DNA of 64,000 nt from an uncultured Candidatus Saccharibacteria bacterium (lineage in GTDB: Bacteria > Patescibacteriota > Minisyncoccia > Phycocordibacterales > Phycocordibacteraceae), in the NCBI GenBank assembly GCA_964469405.1, contig CAYXYP010000003.1, positions 2,573 through 66,572 of the forward strand. Direction: 5' to 3'. Under the pieces are notes generated by a model. The model had not been told where the DNA came from, ran no database searches, and worked only from the letters and a program-made list of their open reading frames with translations. Positions 51,552 through 63,090 of the stretch are shown in pieces; within the stretch, counting starts at the first letter, position 1; each line of letters opens with the position of its first letter. The position numbers and the translations under genes are program-made.

Positions 51552-51624
51552 GGGCCCATAGCTCAATCGGTAGAGCGCCTCATTTGCAATGAGGAGGTAG
51601 CCGGTTCGAAACCGGCTGGGTCCA
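51552..51624 (+). tRNA. tRNA-Ala(TGC)
   Basis: GGGCCCA..TGGGTCC with G3:U70; CCTCA-TTTGCAA-TGAGG anticodon arm. Confidence 0.96.
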
Positions 51625-51764
51625 CACACAGTAAAAAACCTCCAGCAGTGGAGGTTTTTTACTGTGTGTGGAAAGCGGAGTCATGTTTTCGCGCTAGCAA
51701 AAACAGACGAGCTAGGGTCGTGCAATTTTGAGCACGACGGTGCTCACAATATCCCTGACCACAA
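51621..51764 (+). repeat. tRNA-Ala trailer: 24-bp perfect hairpin plus GGGTCGTG..TGACCACAA module
   Basis: Arms 51621-51644 and 51649-51672; module 51682-51764 aligns with 53402-53482. Confidence 0.8.
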
Positions 51765-51766
51765 AA

Positions 51767-53152
51767 TTACCAACCAAAGAGTTTGCTGACGTCTTCAGGT
51801 TGTTCCCGTTTCCGAGCGATTTTGAGCTCCCCGTTGCTTGCGATAAGTTTTACCGGGCTTGAAAGCAGACAGTGGTGCGATGCGAGAGGGTCCTGGTATG
51901 CGCCAGTGTCAAGGACTGCTATATACAGTTCCTCAAGTTGTTTAATATCAGGAAGGGGAATATAGGTACCGCCAGCAGAGTAAATGTCGTCACTGTCGCA
52001 CGAAGAGCCAGCAAGCCAGCATTTCTTCAGTTTCCGGCTATGCATCGCATTGACGGGTACGATATGCCAACGTTGATGAATCGCCCATGTGTCGATGAGG
52101 TCGTTCATAAAACTTCCATCGATGACATACCAGCTTCTGCCCGACTTCATCTCGATGTTTTTTTCGGCAAGAATTTTATATATAGTTATCTGTGCCGGGG
52201 CAGCAACGTACCTACCCCACTCGATGATGATATTCGGGTGCTTGACCTCCCATTTGTCCGAATAGGCTTTAGATGTTTTTATGATTCGCTGGATTAATGT
52301 TTTGGCGGTGTAGAATCGCTTTTTTTCATAGGGGATGCCTGCGCCTCCTCCGATATCAAGTGTATCGAGGCCCGGGTTCTTTTTCCGCAACTCTTTGTAT
52401 AGCCAGAGCCCGCGCTTGAGAGCTGTAAGGATGCCGTTGACTGATTCAATCTGGCTTGAGACGTGATAATGGAGGATAGAAAGATTTCGTACTTTGCCCA
52501 GTTCCAGGAGTTCTTCCTCAGTGAATCCAAATCGATTGAATTTTTTATCCCAATGGCCATCAATTTTGACGTTCAGACTTACACGGATGCCAACGGGCCC
52601 GCTGAATTTCTTCATGCGCTCAAGCTCGTTGTAGTCTTCAATGATTGGTATAACGTGGAGTCCTTTCCCGCGGAGTTCTTCTATGAGATCCATATACTGT
52701 GGAGTTTTAGGCCCGTTGCAGGTAACACGAATTTTCATGTTGAAATGCTCTTTTTCAATCATGCGTTTTACGATATATAGCTCGTTTGCGCTTGAGACGT
52801 CGAGATTCGCACCTTCAGCGACTGCCGGAAGAACGTATTCCCGGTTTTGGTTAACTTTCATTGGATAGTGATATTGGAACTTCCCTTTATATTCGAGAAT
52901 TTTTATATAGGCATTGAAAGTGTCAATGAGATCACGCACTCGATTCTCAATGATGGTAGGGAAGACTATCTCAGCCGAGGTGCCGTATTTTTTTACTATA
53001 TCGTAGATGTTGTATTGGTAGTTTCCTTCACGGACAATAAGTTCACCATCAGAATTAACATCAAACTGCCCGGTATTGAATTCTTCAATACCGAGTTTCC
53101 AAAAACGTCTGAATCCGTTTTTATGGGTGGAATTTTTTTTTGATTTGAACAT
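51767..53152 (-). CDS. speA: Arginine decarboxylase (fold-type III PLP)
   Basis: HYPMKVNQ, CNGPK, HYHVSSQ, DIGGG, EWGRY, SCDSDD, GAYQD. Confidence 0.82.
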   Translation of the reverse strand: MFKSKKNSTHKNGFRRFWKLGIEEFNTGQFDVNSDGELIVREGNYQYNIYDIVKKYGTSAEIVFPTIIENRVRDLIDTFNAYIKILEYKGKFQYHYPMKVNQNREYVLPAVAEGANLDVSSANELYIVKRMIEKEHFNMKIRVTCNGPKTPQYMDLIEELRGKGLHVIPIIEDYNELERMKKFSGPVGIRVSLNVKIDGHWDKKFNRFGFTEEELLELGKVRNLSILHYHVSSQIESVNGILTALKRGLWLYKELRKKNPGLDTLDIGGGAGIPYEKKRFYTAKTLIQRIIKTSKAYSDKWEVKHPNIIIEWGRYVAAPAQITIYKILAEKNIEMKSGRSWYVIDGSFMNDLIDTWAIHQRWHIVPVNAMHSRKLKKCWLAGSSCDSDDIYSAGGTYIPLPDIKQLEELYIAVLDTGAYQDPLASHHCLLSSPVKLIASNGELKIARKREQPEDVSKLFGW

Positions 53153-53279
53153 TGGTATGGTGGGGATTGTAGCACCAAGTGGCGTAAAAAAGTCTATAAA
53201 CTACTTTTAATCGAACATGGCGAGATACTCGTAATGTATATGGGAATCCGACCTTGCATCTGATATGGTAATCGTGTCC

Positions 53280-53353
53280 GCGCTCTTAGCTCAGTTGGTT
53301 AGAGCGTCCGCCTCACACGCGGAAGGTCGCAAGTTCGAATCTTGCAGAGCGCA
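53280..53353 (+). tRNA. tRNA-Val(CAC)
   Basis: GCGCTCT..AGAGCGC; TCCGC-CTCACAC-GCGGA; GTTCGAAT. Confidence 0.95.
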
Positions 53354-53482
53354 CAAGCAAGCAAAAGCAAACGGCTTTGCTTGTTTGTGCGCGTCGGAAC
53401 GATGTTTTGTCAGCAGACAAAACCGCGAGGCTGGGTCGTGAAAATTTGTGAGTGACGACGAGCAAATTATTCTTGACCACAA
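53349..53482 (+). repeat. tRNA-Val trailer element
   Basis: Hairpin 53349-53392 pairs with the tRNA 3' end; GGGTCGTG at 53433; TGACCACAA at 53474. Confidence 0.8.
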
Positions 53483-53634
53483 GGGAGGCGTTTTGTGTCG
53501 GGCCGCCGTATGCCGGTAGTATCCAGTAGGTGATTGCGCTCAATCACGCTCGTAGCACGTATGTAACATGAAATCGGGGTGTGTTCGAAGCGATTGCTTC
53601 TTACACACCCCGATGTAAATCAATACAATATAGA

Positions 53635-53910
53635 TTATCGAGACTTTCTCTCATGAGGGCCGTACGTCCCATCCGAAGTTCTCATTTCTAGGGTTCCTTC
53701 GAGGTGGTGTCCTCCTTTTGCGTACACATTCTTTCCACAAGTTGTACAGGTAATCATATGCACTTTATCGCATGCCTCATCGTATACCAGAGTGGTCCCG
53801 AGTATTTGGGATTTGCATTTAGGACACAGTCCGGTCGTTTGATAGAAAAACCAATCTTCATCGAGAAGTCCGATACTTTCTCGCATGAGATCTGGTGGAA
53901 TGTTTTCCAT
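53635..53910 (-). CDS. Orphan zinc-ribbon protein
   Basis: CPKC..CTTC; purine-rich SD; hairpin at about 53573-53614 downstream. Confidence 0.65.
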   Translation of the reverse strand: MENIPPDLMRESIGLLDEDWFFYQTTGLCPKCKSQILGTTLVYDEACDKVHMITCTTCGKNVYAKGGHHLEGTLEMRTSDGTYGPHERKSR

Positions 53911-54038
53911 GTGGAGCCCTCCTCTTCCTCGAATGGTAAGTTGATATAAGCACTCTATCTTCTATCTGATGACAATATATAGCACATTGATGAATTTCCT
54001 CAAGGGAGTTTTGATTGTTTGCTATACTCTCCACCACT

Positions 54039-55337
54039 ATGAGATCAAACATTGTTCATCCAGGAGCCAATAAGCTCCGATACGAAATACGAGAGATCGT
54101 CACGGTTGCGAAGCGAGTCGCGCTCTCGGGTATACCGATTGTGTGGGAAAATATCGGTGATCCTGTTGCCAAGGGGGAAGTGCCTCCTGAGTGGATGAAG
54201 AAAATAATCAAGGATACCCTCAAGGAGGATATGAGCTTCGCCTACTCACCAACCAAGGGTCTCGATGAGACTCGTGTTTACATCGCACGGGAACGAAACT
54301 TGGAGGGAGGTATACAGATAACTCCCGACGACATACTGTTCTTCAACGGTCTCGGAGATGGTATTTCCCACCTCTACCGAAACCTGAATCCCCAGGCGCG
54401 GATACTGGGTCCTGATCCTGCTTATCCGACACATTCTTCTGCCGAAGCAGCTCATGCAAATAAGCCCCATATCACGTATCGTCTTGATCCCGAGAATGAA
54501 TGGCGACCGGATCTTGCTGATATGGAGAAAAAAATACGAACGCACAAGCATATCGTCGGTATTCTCATCGTGAATCCGGATAATCCAACCGGTTTTGTGT
54601 ACCCTCAAGAAACGATACGAGCTATCGTCGCACTTGCTAAGAAATACAAACTCTTCCTTATTTCTGATGAGATTTATTCAAATCTTGCATATGAGGGAAG
54701 TGGTATGCGCAAACTCGCTTCAGTCGTAGGTATGGTTCCTGGCATCGCCATGCGTGGAATCTCAAAGGAATTTCCATGGCCGGGCGCGCGGTGTGGATGG
54801 GTTGAGTTCTATAATCGGGATAAGGACAAAGATTTTGATCGTTACGCGCGCTCCATCATGGATGCAAAAATGCTCGAGGTATGTTCAACAACACTCCCGC
54901 AAAAAGTTTTACCGAAAGTGATGGGGGATGCACGGTACTATCCCTATCTGGCGACGCGGGCACGTCGCTACGAAGAGCGCGCAGAGTATGCACATGCAAT
55001 ACTCTCCAAAATTCCAAATATGATCGTTCATAAACCGCGCGGCGCGTTTTATATGACGTGTGTATTCCGGCAGGGATCTCTCAAGAAGTATCAAACACTT
55101 CCCGTGCGAAAGGATTTAAAAAAGTTCATTGATTTTTGTTTGACGAAGGCTTCTCCAGATAAGCGCTTCGTGTACTACCTATTGGCGTCTACGGGTGTGT
55201 GTGTCGTCCCACTCTCCTCCGGTTTCAATTCGTCCCTTCAAGGGTTCCGATTCTTGCTGTTAGAGCAAGATATCGAGCGATTTAAAAAAACTATACATAC
55301 GATAGCGAAGGCTATTTCTGATTTCAACGCGTCTTGA
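54039..55337 (+). CDS. Class I/II PLP-dependent aminotransferase
   Basis: NIGDP, NPDNPTG, SDEIY, SKEFPWPGARCGW. Confidence 0.9.
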   Translation: MRSNIVHPGANKLRYEIREIVTVAKRVALSGIPIVWENIGDPVAKGEVPPEWMKKIIKDTLKEDMSFAYSPTKGLDETRVYIARERNLEGGIQITPDDILFFNGLGDGISHLYRNLNPQARILGPDPAYPTHSSAEAAHANKPHITYRLDPENEWRPDLADMEKKIRTHKHIVGILIVNPDNPTGFVYPQETIRAIVALAKKYKLFLISDEIYSNLAYEGSGMRKLASVVGMVPGIAMRGISKEFPWPGARCGWVEFYNRDKDKDFDRYARSIMDAKMLEVCSTTLPQKVLPKVMGDARYYPYLATRARRYEERAEYAHAILSKIPNMIVHKPRGAFYMTCVFRQGSLKKYQTLPVRKDLKKFIDFCLTKASPDKRFVYYLLASTGVCVVPLSSGFNSSLQGFRFLLLEQDIERFKKTIHTIAKAISDFNAS

Positions 55338-55498
55338 CGAATTACAAAGGAGAAAGACTGATCGAGCGATCAGTCTTTCTCCTTTGTAATTCGCGTCGGA
55401 ATTTTCTCATTCAGAAAATTCCGACGCACATGGTAAAATGTTCTGCGTAAAAGATTCATAAAAAGGGGTTTATATAGAAATGCCTATATAAACCCTTC
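55338..55498. repeat. Cluster of three long hairpins
   Basis: 27-bp perfect arms at 55338-55393; 15-bp arms at 55393-55427; GGGTTTATATAG..CTATATAAACCC. Confidence 0.8.
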
Positions 55499-55548
55499 GT
55501 TTGGAGAGAATAATCACAATAAGACTTGTGTTATTCTTCCTTCACTCA

Positions 55549-55742
55549 GGGCCTATAGTAAAGCGGTATTACGACGCCATGGCATGGCGTAAGTCGGGGT
55601 TCGAGCTTGGTAGTATAGAGTCACAAAAACAACGAGCGAAGCGACTATGTTTTTGTAGGCTCCCGATTTTCAGATCGAGTCTTCGAGATATTGAAAATCG
55701 CAGTCCCCGTAGGGGAATGCCGCGCGGGTACCCGCGGCCCCA
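55549..55742 (+). tRNA. Interrupted or pseudo tRNA-Ala(GGC)
   Basis: Intact 5' part to CGGGGTTCGAG (55605); TCCCCGTAGG resumes at 55704; CCCA follows after a second 25-nt insert. Confidence 0.6.
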
Positions 55743-55842
55743 CTAACATGTGACCGAGAGGAGTCGGACCGCGGGCCGTAGGTTTCGAGCGACGGCGAAA
55801 GAATTATCTGTGACCACAAAAATTAAGCTATACTTTACCCAC

Positions 55843-56244
55843 ATGCTACAAGAATTCAAACAATTTTTGCTTCGCGGGAATGTCGTTGATCTAGCGGTTG
55901 GTGTCGTAATCGGTGCTGCATTTGGTACGGTTGTGAGCGCACTCGTGTCCGATCTACTCACTCCGCTCATTGCGGCAATCGCAAAGGTGCCAGATTTTGG
56001 AGGACTCGCGATCACGCTGAATGGAAGTAAGTTTATGTACGGTCATTTTATAAACGCCGTTATTTCCTTCGTGCTGGTCGCGAGCGCCGTCTTCTTCTTT
56101 GTGGTAAAGCCGATGAACGTTCTCATCACTCGCTCACGCAGGGAGCCACCGGCAGACCCGACGACGAAGAAATGCCCAGAATGTATGAGCGAGATTCCGC
56201 TCTCCGCAAGACGGTGCATGCACTGCACCCAGGTAGTTGTCTAA
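55843..56244 (+). CDS. mscL: Large-conductance mechanosensitive channel with C-terminal Zn ribbon
   Basis: EFKQFLLRGNVVDLAVGVVIGAAF; CPEC..RCMHC. Confidence 0.93.
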   Translation: MLQEFKQFLLRGNVVDLAVGVVIGAAFGTVVSALVSDLLTPLIAAIAKVPDFGGLAITLNGSKFMYGHFINAVISFVLVASAVFFFVVKPMNVLITRSRREPPADPTTKKCPECMSEIPLSARRCMHCTQVVV

Positions 56245-56252
56245 AAGATGTA

Positions 56253-56291
56253 TACAAAACAAAACCCGCTTTAAGCGGGTTTTGTTTTGTA
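56253..56291. terminator. Bidirectional terminator
   Basis: TACAAAACAAAACCCGC-TTTAA-GCGGGTTTTGTTTTGTA. Confidence 0.75.
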
Positions 56292-56306
56292 AATGCTCTC
56301 TATGGT

Positions 56307-56555
56307 CTAACTCAAATGTGGTGAAACGAGTTTCGTCATCTCAAACATCGTCACTTCGCCTTTGCCACCGAATATTGCCTTCAACTTGTCATCAGCAAGA
56401 ATGTTTCGCTTGTTCTTAGGATTCTGAAGATCATGCTTCTTGATGTATACCCAAAGCTGCTTGACTACTTCGGTTCTCGGCATCGGACCTTTGCCGACGA
56501 CCGCCTCCAATTCAGGAGAAAGTGTAAGCGGTTTTGATAATGCTGAATTTGCCAT
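56307..56555 (-). CDS. Stand-alone SWIB/MDM2 domain protein
   Basis: LSPEL..RTEVVKQLWVYIKKHDLQNPKNKRNILADDKL. Confidence 0.9.
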   Translation of the reverse strand: MANSALSKPLTLSPELEAVVGKGPMPRTEVVKQLWVYIKKHDLQNPKNKRNILADDKLKAIFGGKGEVTMFEMTKLVSPHLS

Positions 56556-56635
56556 AGTGAATGTAATTCTGTTAATACTAAAGGGACTGACCTAGTATAT
56601 AGCATACTTTTGGGGCCATCTGCTACAATGTGCAC

Positions 56636-57436
56636 ATGCACGAGGGGATCTCAATCCATTTGGCGCCTTTGGCGCTTTTTCATATTGGGACTATTTCTGT
56701 GACGAATACTTTTCTGACGGCGCTTACGGTTTCCATACTGCTCATACTTTTCGCCTTTTTTGCCACTCGCGCACTTACATTAAAACCTTCTGGTTTCCAG
56801 GCAATTCTGGAATTGCTGATTACGTACCCATACGATTTCGTGCGTGACACATTGGGGAACGACCGTCTTGCCGAGCGCATGTTTCCGGTCATCATGACGA
56901 TTTTCCTTTTCGTGCTATCCGTAAATTGGTTTGGTCTCTTGCCGTTTGTCGCTTCCATCGGCATACACGCAAGCGTTCAGGGCATTTCAGAGTTCATTCC
57001 ATTCTTCTACCCAGGAGCTACGGATCTCAACATGACGCTCGCGCTCGCGATTATCGCTTTCTTTACCATTGAGATTGCCGGTATCGTTACGCTCGGCGCA
57101 TTGAAATATGCTGGGAAATTCATTACCTTTAAATCACCCCTTGCGTTTGTGGTGGGGATAATCGAACTCATCTCCGAGCTCGTGCGACTTATTTCGTTTT
57201 CATTTCGTCTTTTCGGCAATATCTTCGCGGGGAAAGTTCTTGTGCTGGTCATCATGCTCTTCGTCCCTATGATTCTCCCCGTGCCTTTTCTTGCGTTTGA
57301 AACTTTCGTGGGATTCATTCAGGCAGCAATCTTTGCGCTACTAACGCTCTTCTTTACGAAGATCGCCATTGAATTGCACGAAGAGGAGCATTCCTCGCCG
57401 GTCCCCTCTGGCGAAAAGGTGCATTTAACAATATAA
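56636..57436 (+). CDS. atpB: ATP synthase F0 subunit a
   Basis: SFSFRLFGNIFAG, FIQAAIF. Confidence 0.95.
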   Translation: MHEGISIHLAPLALFHIGTISVTNTFLTALTVSILLILFAFFATRALTLKPSGFQAILELLITYPYDFVRDTLGNDRLAERMFPVIMTIFLFVLSVNWFGLLPFVASIGIHASVQGISEFIPFFYPGATDLNMTLALAIIAFFTIEIAGIVTLGALKYAGKFITFKSPLAFVVGIIELISELVRLISFSFRLFGNIFAGKVLVLVIMLFVPMILPVPFLAFETFVGFIQAAIFALLTLFFTKIAIELHEEEHSSPVPSGEKVHLTI

Positions 57437-57673
<237 letters not shown>

Positions 57674-57686
57674 TCTCGGGTAATTC

Positions 57687-58136
57687 ATGTCAGCTCTTTT
57701 TTCAACCTTTGGTCTCGACTGGCATCTTCTCGTAGCGCAGGTAGTGAACTTCAGCGTGCTTGCGGTAGCACTTACGTGGTTCCTCTACAAGCCGGTTTTG
57801 AAGATGGTGCAAGAACGTAAACGTATTGTCGCAAAGGGTGTTGAAGATGCGCTGCGTGCCGGAGAAATGCTAGCGGAGGCAGACAATGAAGCATCGAATC
57901 GCGTTAAGATTGCCGACGAGGAGGCAGAAAAAATTGTCGCGAGAGCGCGAGAATCCGCCGCGGCTGAGAAGGCGCGTCTTCTGAAAGAAGCTGAAATGCG
58001 AGCAATAGCAGTCACCAATGATGCAGCAGCGCGGGCAGCAGAAATAGCAGCACGTTTTCGTCGTGAGAGTGAGCATGAAGTTGCACGGCTCGGTATCCTG
58101 GCCGCCGAGAAAATTTTAAGAAAACAGTATGATTGA
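57687..58136 (+). CDS. atpF: ATP synthase F0 subunit b
   Basis: QVVNF..LYKPV TM plus coiled coil; operon position. Confidence 0.92.
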   Translation: MSALFSTFGLDWHLLVAQVVNFSVLAVALTWFLYKPVLKMVQERKRIVAKGVEDALRAGEMLAEADNEASNRVKIADEEAEKIVARARESAAAEKARLLKEAEMRAIAVTNDAAARAAEIAARFRRESEHEVARLGILAAEKILRKQYD

Positions 58137-58500
58137 TACCTATACACGTCTCTTGGAAGTTACGGCAGAAATTGAAGACGAGACAGCGTCGTCCGCAGCA
58201 ATAACGAAGCTTATTATGCATTTAAAAAGCGCAGGACGTATGAGGATGCTTCCCCAAATTGCACGCGAGTTAAAGAAGGTTGCAGCGCGTCGATCCGCGC
58301 TTCGACCGCATGTGGAAGTCGCTCACAAGAAGGAGGAGGCGGCGGCGCTTATTGCCGCCACACGCGAAGGGATCGTCGTTCGGCATGCGAGTGTGAATCC
58401 GACTCTCATCCACGGCTGGCGTGCGCAGAGTGGCGGTACGCTTATCGACCGCTCGGCAAAGCGTGCGCTCCTGCACATGTATCAGAATATTTTTACATAG
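58129..58500 (+). CDS. atpH: ATP synthase F1 subunit delta (short)
   Basis: VNPTLIHGW..IDRS C-terminal motif; operon position. Confidence 0.78.
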   Translation: MIDTYTRLLEVTAEIEDETASSAAITKLIMHLKSAGRMRMLPQIARELKKVAARRSALRPHVEVAHKKEEAAALIAATREGIVVRHASVNPTLIHGWRAQSGGTLIDRSAKRALLHMYQNIFT

Positions 58501-58503
58501 CAT

Positions 58504-60090
58504 ATGCAAACCATCATTGAGAGAATCGAAAAAGAGATTGCCACATGGTCACCGGAAGCCGGCGCCGAGGAGGTTGGCATCGTGCGTGCGACTGGTGACG
58601 GTATTGCCGAGATTGACGGTTTGAGGAATGCGGTCATGTCGGAGATGGTACTTTTCGATCCAACGTTTGACCGGACGCTTGCTGATGCTCTCAAAGATCC
58701 TAATCCCGTCTACGGTCTCATTCTTAATCTTGAGGAAGATGGTGTGCGTGCAGTAATTCTCGACGATACATCGAAGGTGTATGAAGGGATGCTGGTGCGT
58801 CGACTGACCGCCGAGTCTTCACCGAAAGGTGGATTAGGTCGTCTACTTTCGATTCGGGTCGGTGAGTCACTCATTGGGCGGGTCGTGAATCCTCTCGGAG
58901 AGCCGGTTGACGGCAAAGGTAAGGCGGAAGCAACGGTCGCACGACCTATTGAACATCAAGCATATGGAGTTATCGATCGGGCGCCGGTGCATGTCCCATT
59001 GCATACGGGCATTAAGGCAATTGATGCAATGATCCCTATTGGTCGTGGTCAGCGCGAGCTCATTATTGGAGATCGCGGTACTGGCAAGACCAGTATTGCG
59101 ATTGACACGATCATTAATCAAAAAAGCGAACCATCTGCGACGCGCCCAATCTGTATCTATGTGGCTATCGGTCAGAAGGAATCGAAGACGGCAAAACTTG
59201 TTGCAGAACTTGCCGCGCGCGGGGCCATGGAGTACACCATCATCGTGACGGCTCCCGCCTCTGCTCCAGCCGCGCTTCAATTCCTAGCTCCTTTCGCAGG
59301 AGCGGCTATCGGTGAGTATTTCATGGAGCAAGGGAAGGACGCTCTTGTCGTCTACGATGATCTTTCGAAACATGCGGTTGCCTATCGTCAGATGTCACTT
59401 CTTTTGCGTCGTCCGCCAGGTCGCGAAGCGTATCCGGGCGATATTTTCTATCTACATTCGCGTCTTCTCGAGCGTGCAGCAAAACTTTCTAAAGAAAAGG
59501 GCGGGGGCTCGCTCACGGCGCTTCCTATCATTGAGACGCAAGAGGGCGATGTCTCCGCGTATATTCCGACGAACGTCATTTCAATCACTGACGGGCAAAT
59601 ATATCTTGAAGCCGATCTCTTCAATAAGGGCCAGCGCCCGGCTATCAATGTCGGCATTTCCGTCTCTCGCGTGGGTAGTGCAGCGCAGACAAAAGCCATG
59701 AAGAAAGTTTCAGGCACGATTAAACTCGGGCTCGCGCAATTCCGTGAACTTGAAGCATTTATGCAATTCTCATCCGACCTTGATGCCGATACCAAGAAAC
59801 GTATCGACGCGGGTCGGCGTATGACCGAAGTCTTGAACCAAGGACGCGGTGTACCCCTCCCATTTGCTATGGAGGCAGCCATTATATTTGCAGCGACGAA
59901 CGGCTATCTTGACACCTTCCCGCCCGAAGAAGTGGGCGCGATTGAAACGAAATTGCAGGAATACTTATCGCGTGAAGCAGGCGGTCTGCTCATTGCGATT
60001 CGCGAATCAAAAGAAATCCGTGAAGAATCGGAAAAAACACTTCGCGAGAAGCTCGACGCGTTTATCGCGAGGCACACAGCTATTGCGTAG
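58504..60090 (+). CDS. atpA: ATP synthase F1 subunit alpha
   Basis: [33 protein letters not shown]. Confidence 0.97.
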   Translation: MQTIIERIEKEIATWSPEAGAEEVGIVRATGDGIAEIDGLRNAVMSEMVLFDPTFDRTLADALKDPNPVYGLILNLEEDGVRAVILDDTSKVYEGMLVRRLTAESSPKGGLGRLLSIRVGESLIGRVVNPLGEPVDGKGKAEATVARPIEHQAYGVIDRAPVHVPLHTGIKAIDAMIPIGRGQRELIIGDRGTGKTSIAIDTIINQKSEPSATRPICIYVAIGQKESKTAKLVAELAARGAMEYTIIVTAPASAPAALQFLAPFAGAAIGEYFMEQGKDALVVYDDLSKHAVAYRQMSLLLRRPPGREAYPGDIFYLHSRLLERAAKLSKEKGGGSLTALPIIETQEGDVSAYIPTNVISITDGQIYLEADLFNKGQRPAINVGISVSRVGSAAQTKAMKKVSGTIKLGLAQFRELEAFMQFSSDLDADTKKRIDAGRRMTEVLNQGRGVPLPFAMEAAIIFAATNGYLDTFPPEEVGAIETKLQEYLSREAGGLLIAIRESKEIREESEKTLREKLDAFIARHTAIA

Positions 60091-60095
60091 GATAT

Positions 60096-61010
60096 ATGGC
60101 GCTTAAAGATATCAAGACAAAAATAAAAGCAACGAAACGTACGCACAAAGTGACGCGCGCCATGGAAGCTGTCTCGGCGGCAAAAATGCGGAAAACGCAG
60201 AGCATTGCACTTGCGGGAAGACCGTATGTCCGTGCAGCACTATCGATACTCGCGCGACTCTCCGGCAGTAACGATCTCGAGCGACATCCGCTGGGGAAGG
60301 TCAGGACTTCTCAGAAAATTGCTCTGGTGATTATTACGAGCGATAAAGGTCTTGCGGGAGCACTCAACAGTAACGTCATCAGAGCAGTGACTGAATATAT
60401 TGATGGACACGGCGTGTCCATCAATGATGTGACGGTGTATACCTATGGGAGGAAAGGTGCAGAGTATTTTGCGCGGCGCGATTATCGAATCGCTCGCTCA
60501 TTTGAAAATCGACAGGACGTCATCGATCTTTCCGTTATGGAAGAACTTGCCGCAGAGTTAATACGCGAGTTTACACGGGAGACGTATGACGAAGTATTAG
60601 TTGCGTATAGTAATTTCAAGTCGACGTTCGAACAGATGCCTGCGGTGCGTCGTCTACTCCCGCTAGTACTTGTGGATATCGAACAGCTCGTCAAAGATAT
60701 TGTTCCGGTGAAAGGCAAGTGGAGCGAACTCACCACGCTTGCCTCACCGGCGGCATATTCGTTTGAACCGGATGAGAGCAAGGTGCTGGAATACCTTTTG
60801 CCGCGTCTCGTTTCGATTTCGCTCCATCATTTTCTGCTAGAAGCGAAGGCGTCCGAACATTCTGCACGCATGGTGGCGATGAAAAATGCCTCGGATAAAT
60901 CAAAAGAAGTTACGCACGACCTCACTCGTCTCTATAACAGAATTCGCCAAGCAGGAATCACGCGTGAAGTTTCAGAAATCATCAGTGGTCGTGAAGCGCT
61001 TGCTACATAG
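60096..61010 (+). CDS. atpG: ATP synthase F1 subunit gamma
   Basis: VTRAMEAVSAAK, SDKGLAG, SEHSARMVAM, RQAGITRE. Confidence 0.96.
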   Translation: MALKDIKTKIKATKRTHKVTRAMEAVSAAKMRKTQSIALAGRPYVRAALSILARLSGSNDLERHPLGKVRTSQKIALVIITSDKGLAGALNSNVIRAVTEYIDGHGVSINDVTVYTYGRKGAEYFARRDYRIARSFENRQDVIDLSVMEELAAELIREFTRETYDEVLVAYSNFKSTFEQMPAVRRLLPLVLVDIEQLVKDIVPVKGKWSELTTLASPAAYSFEPDESKVLEYLLPRLVSISLHHFLLEAKASEHSARMVAMKNASDKSKEVTHDLTRLYNRIRQAGITREVSEIISGREALAT

Positions 61011-61013
61011 ATT

Positions 61014-62809
<1,796 letters not shown>

Positions 62810-62818
62810 TCATCACGC

Positions 62819-63067
62819 ATGACGAAAACTTTTCATCTCATGGTTGCAAAAGTTGGTGAGAACCTTTTCGATGGGGAAGCGATTTCAGCAACTCTCCCGG
62901 GAAGCGAAGGTGTATTCCAAATTCTAGCCGGACACGAGGCGTTCGTTTCCGGGCTCGTCTCGGGAGAGATGCATATTAAAACACTGGATGGAGAAACACG
63001 CGCTTTTGAGATACAGCACAGCGGCGTAGCGGAGGTCTCGTACAATCAAGTAACTGTCCTATTGTAA
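62819..63067 (+). CDS. atpC: ATP synthase F1 subunit epsilon, N-terminal domain only
   Basis: LPGSEG..ILAGH; ends at VTVLL. Confidence 0.88.
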   Translation: MTKTFHLMVAKVGENLFDGEAISATLPGSEGVFQILAGHEAFVSGLVSGEMHIKTLDGETRAFEIQHSGVAEVSYNQVTVLL

Positions 63068-63090
63068 TTTTTCGATGGTAATCCATCGAG

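Noticed and set aside
55606-55703. Group I or group II intron in tRNA-Ala(GGC)
   Set aside because: 98 nt is too short and no P7 core or domain V is recognisable.
55843-56555. MscL zinc ribbon and stand-alone SWIB as novelties
   Set aside because: Both architectures are already known in diverse bacteria.
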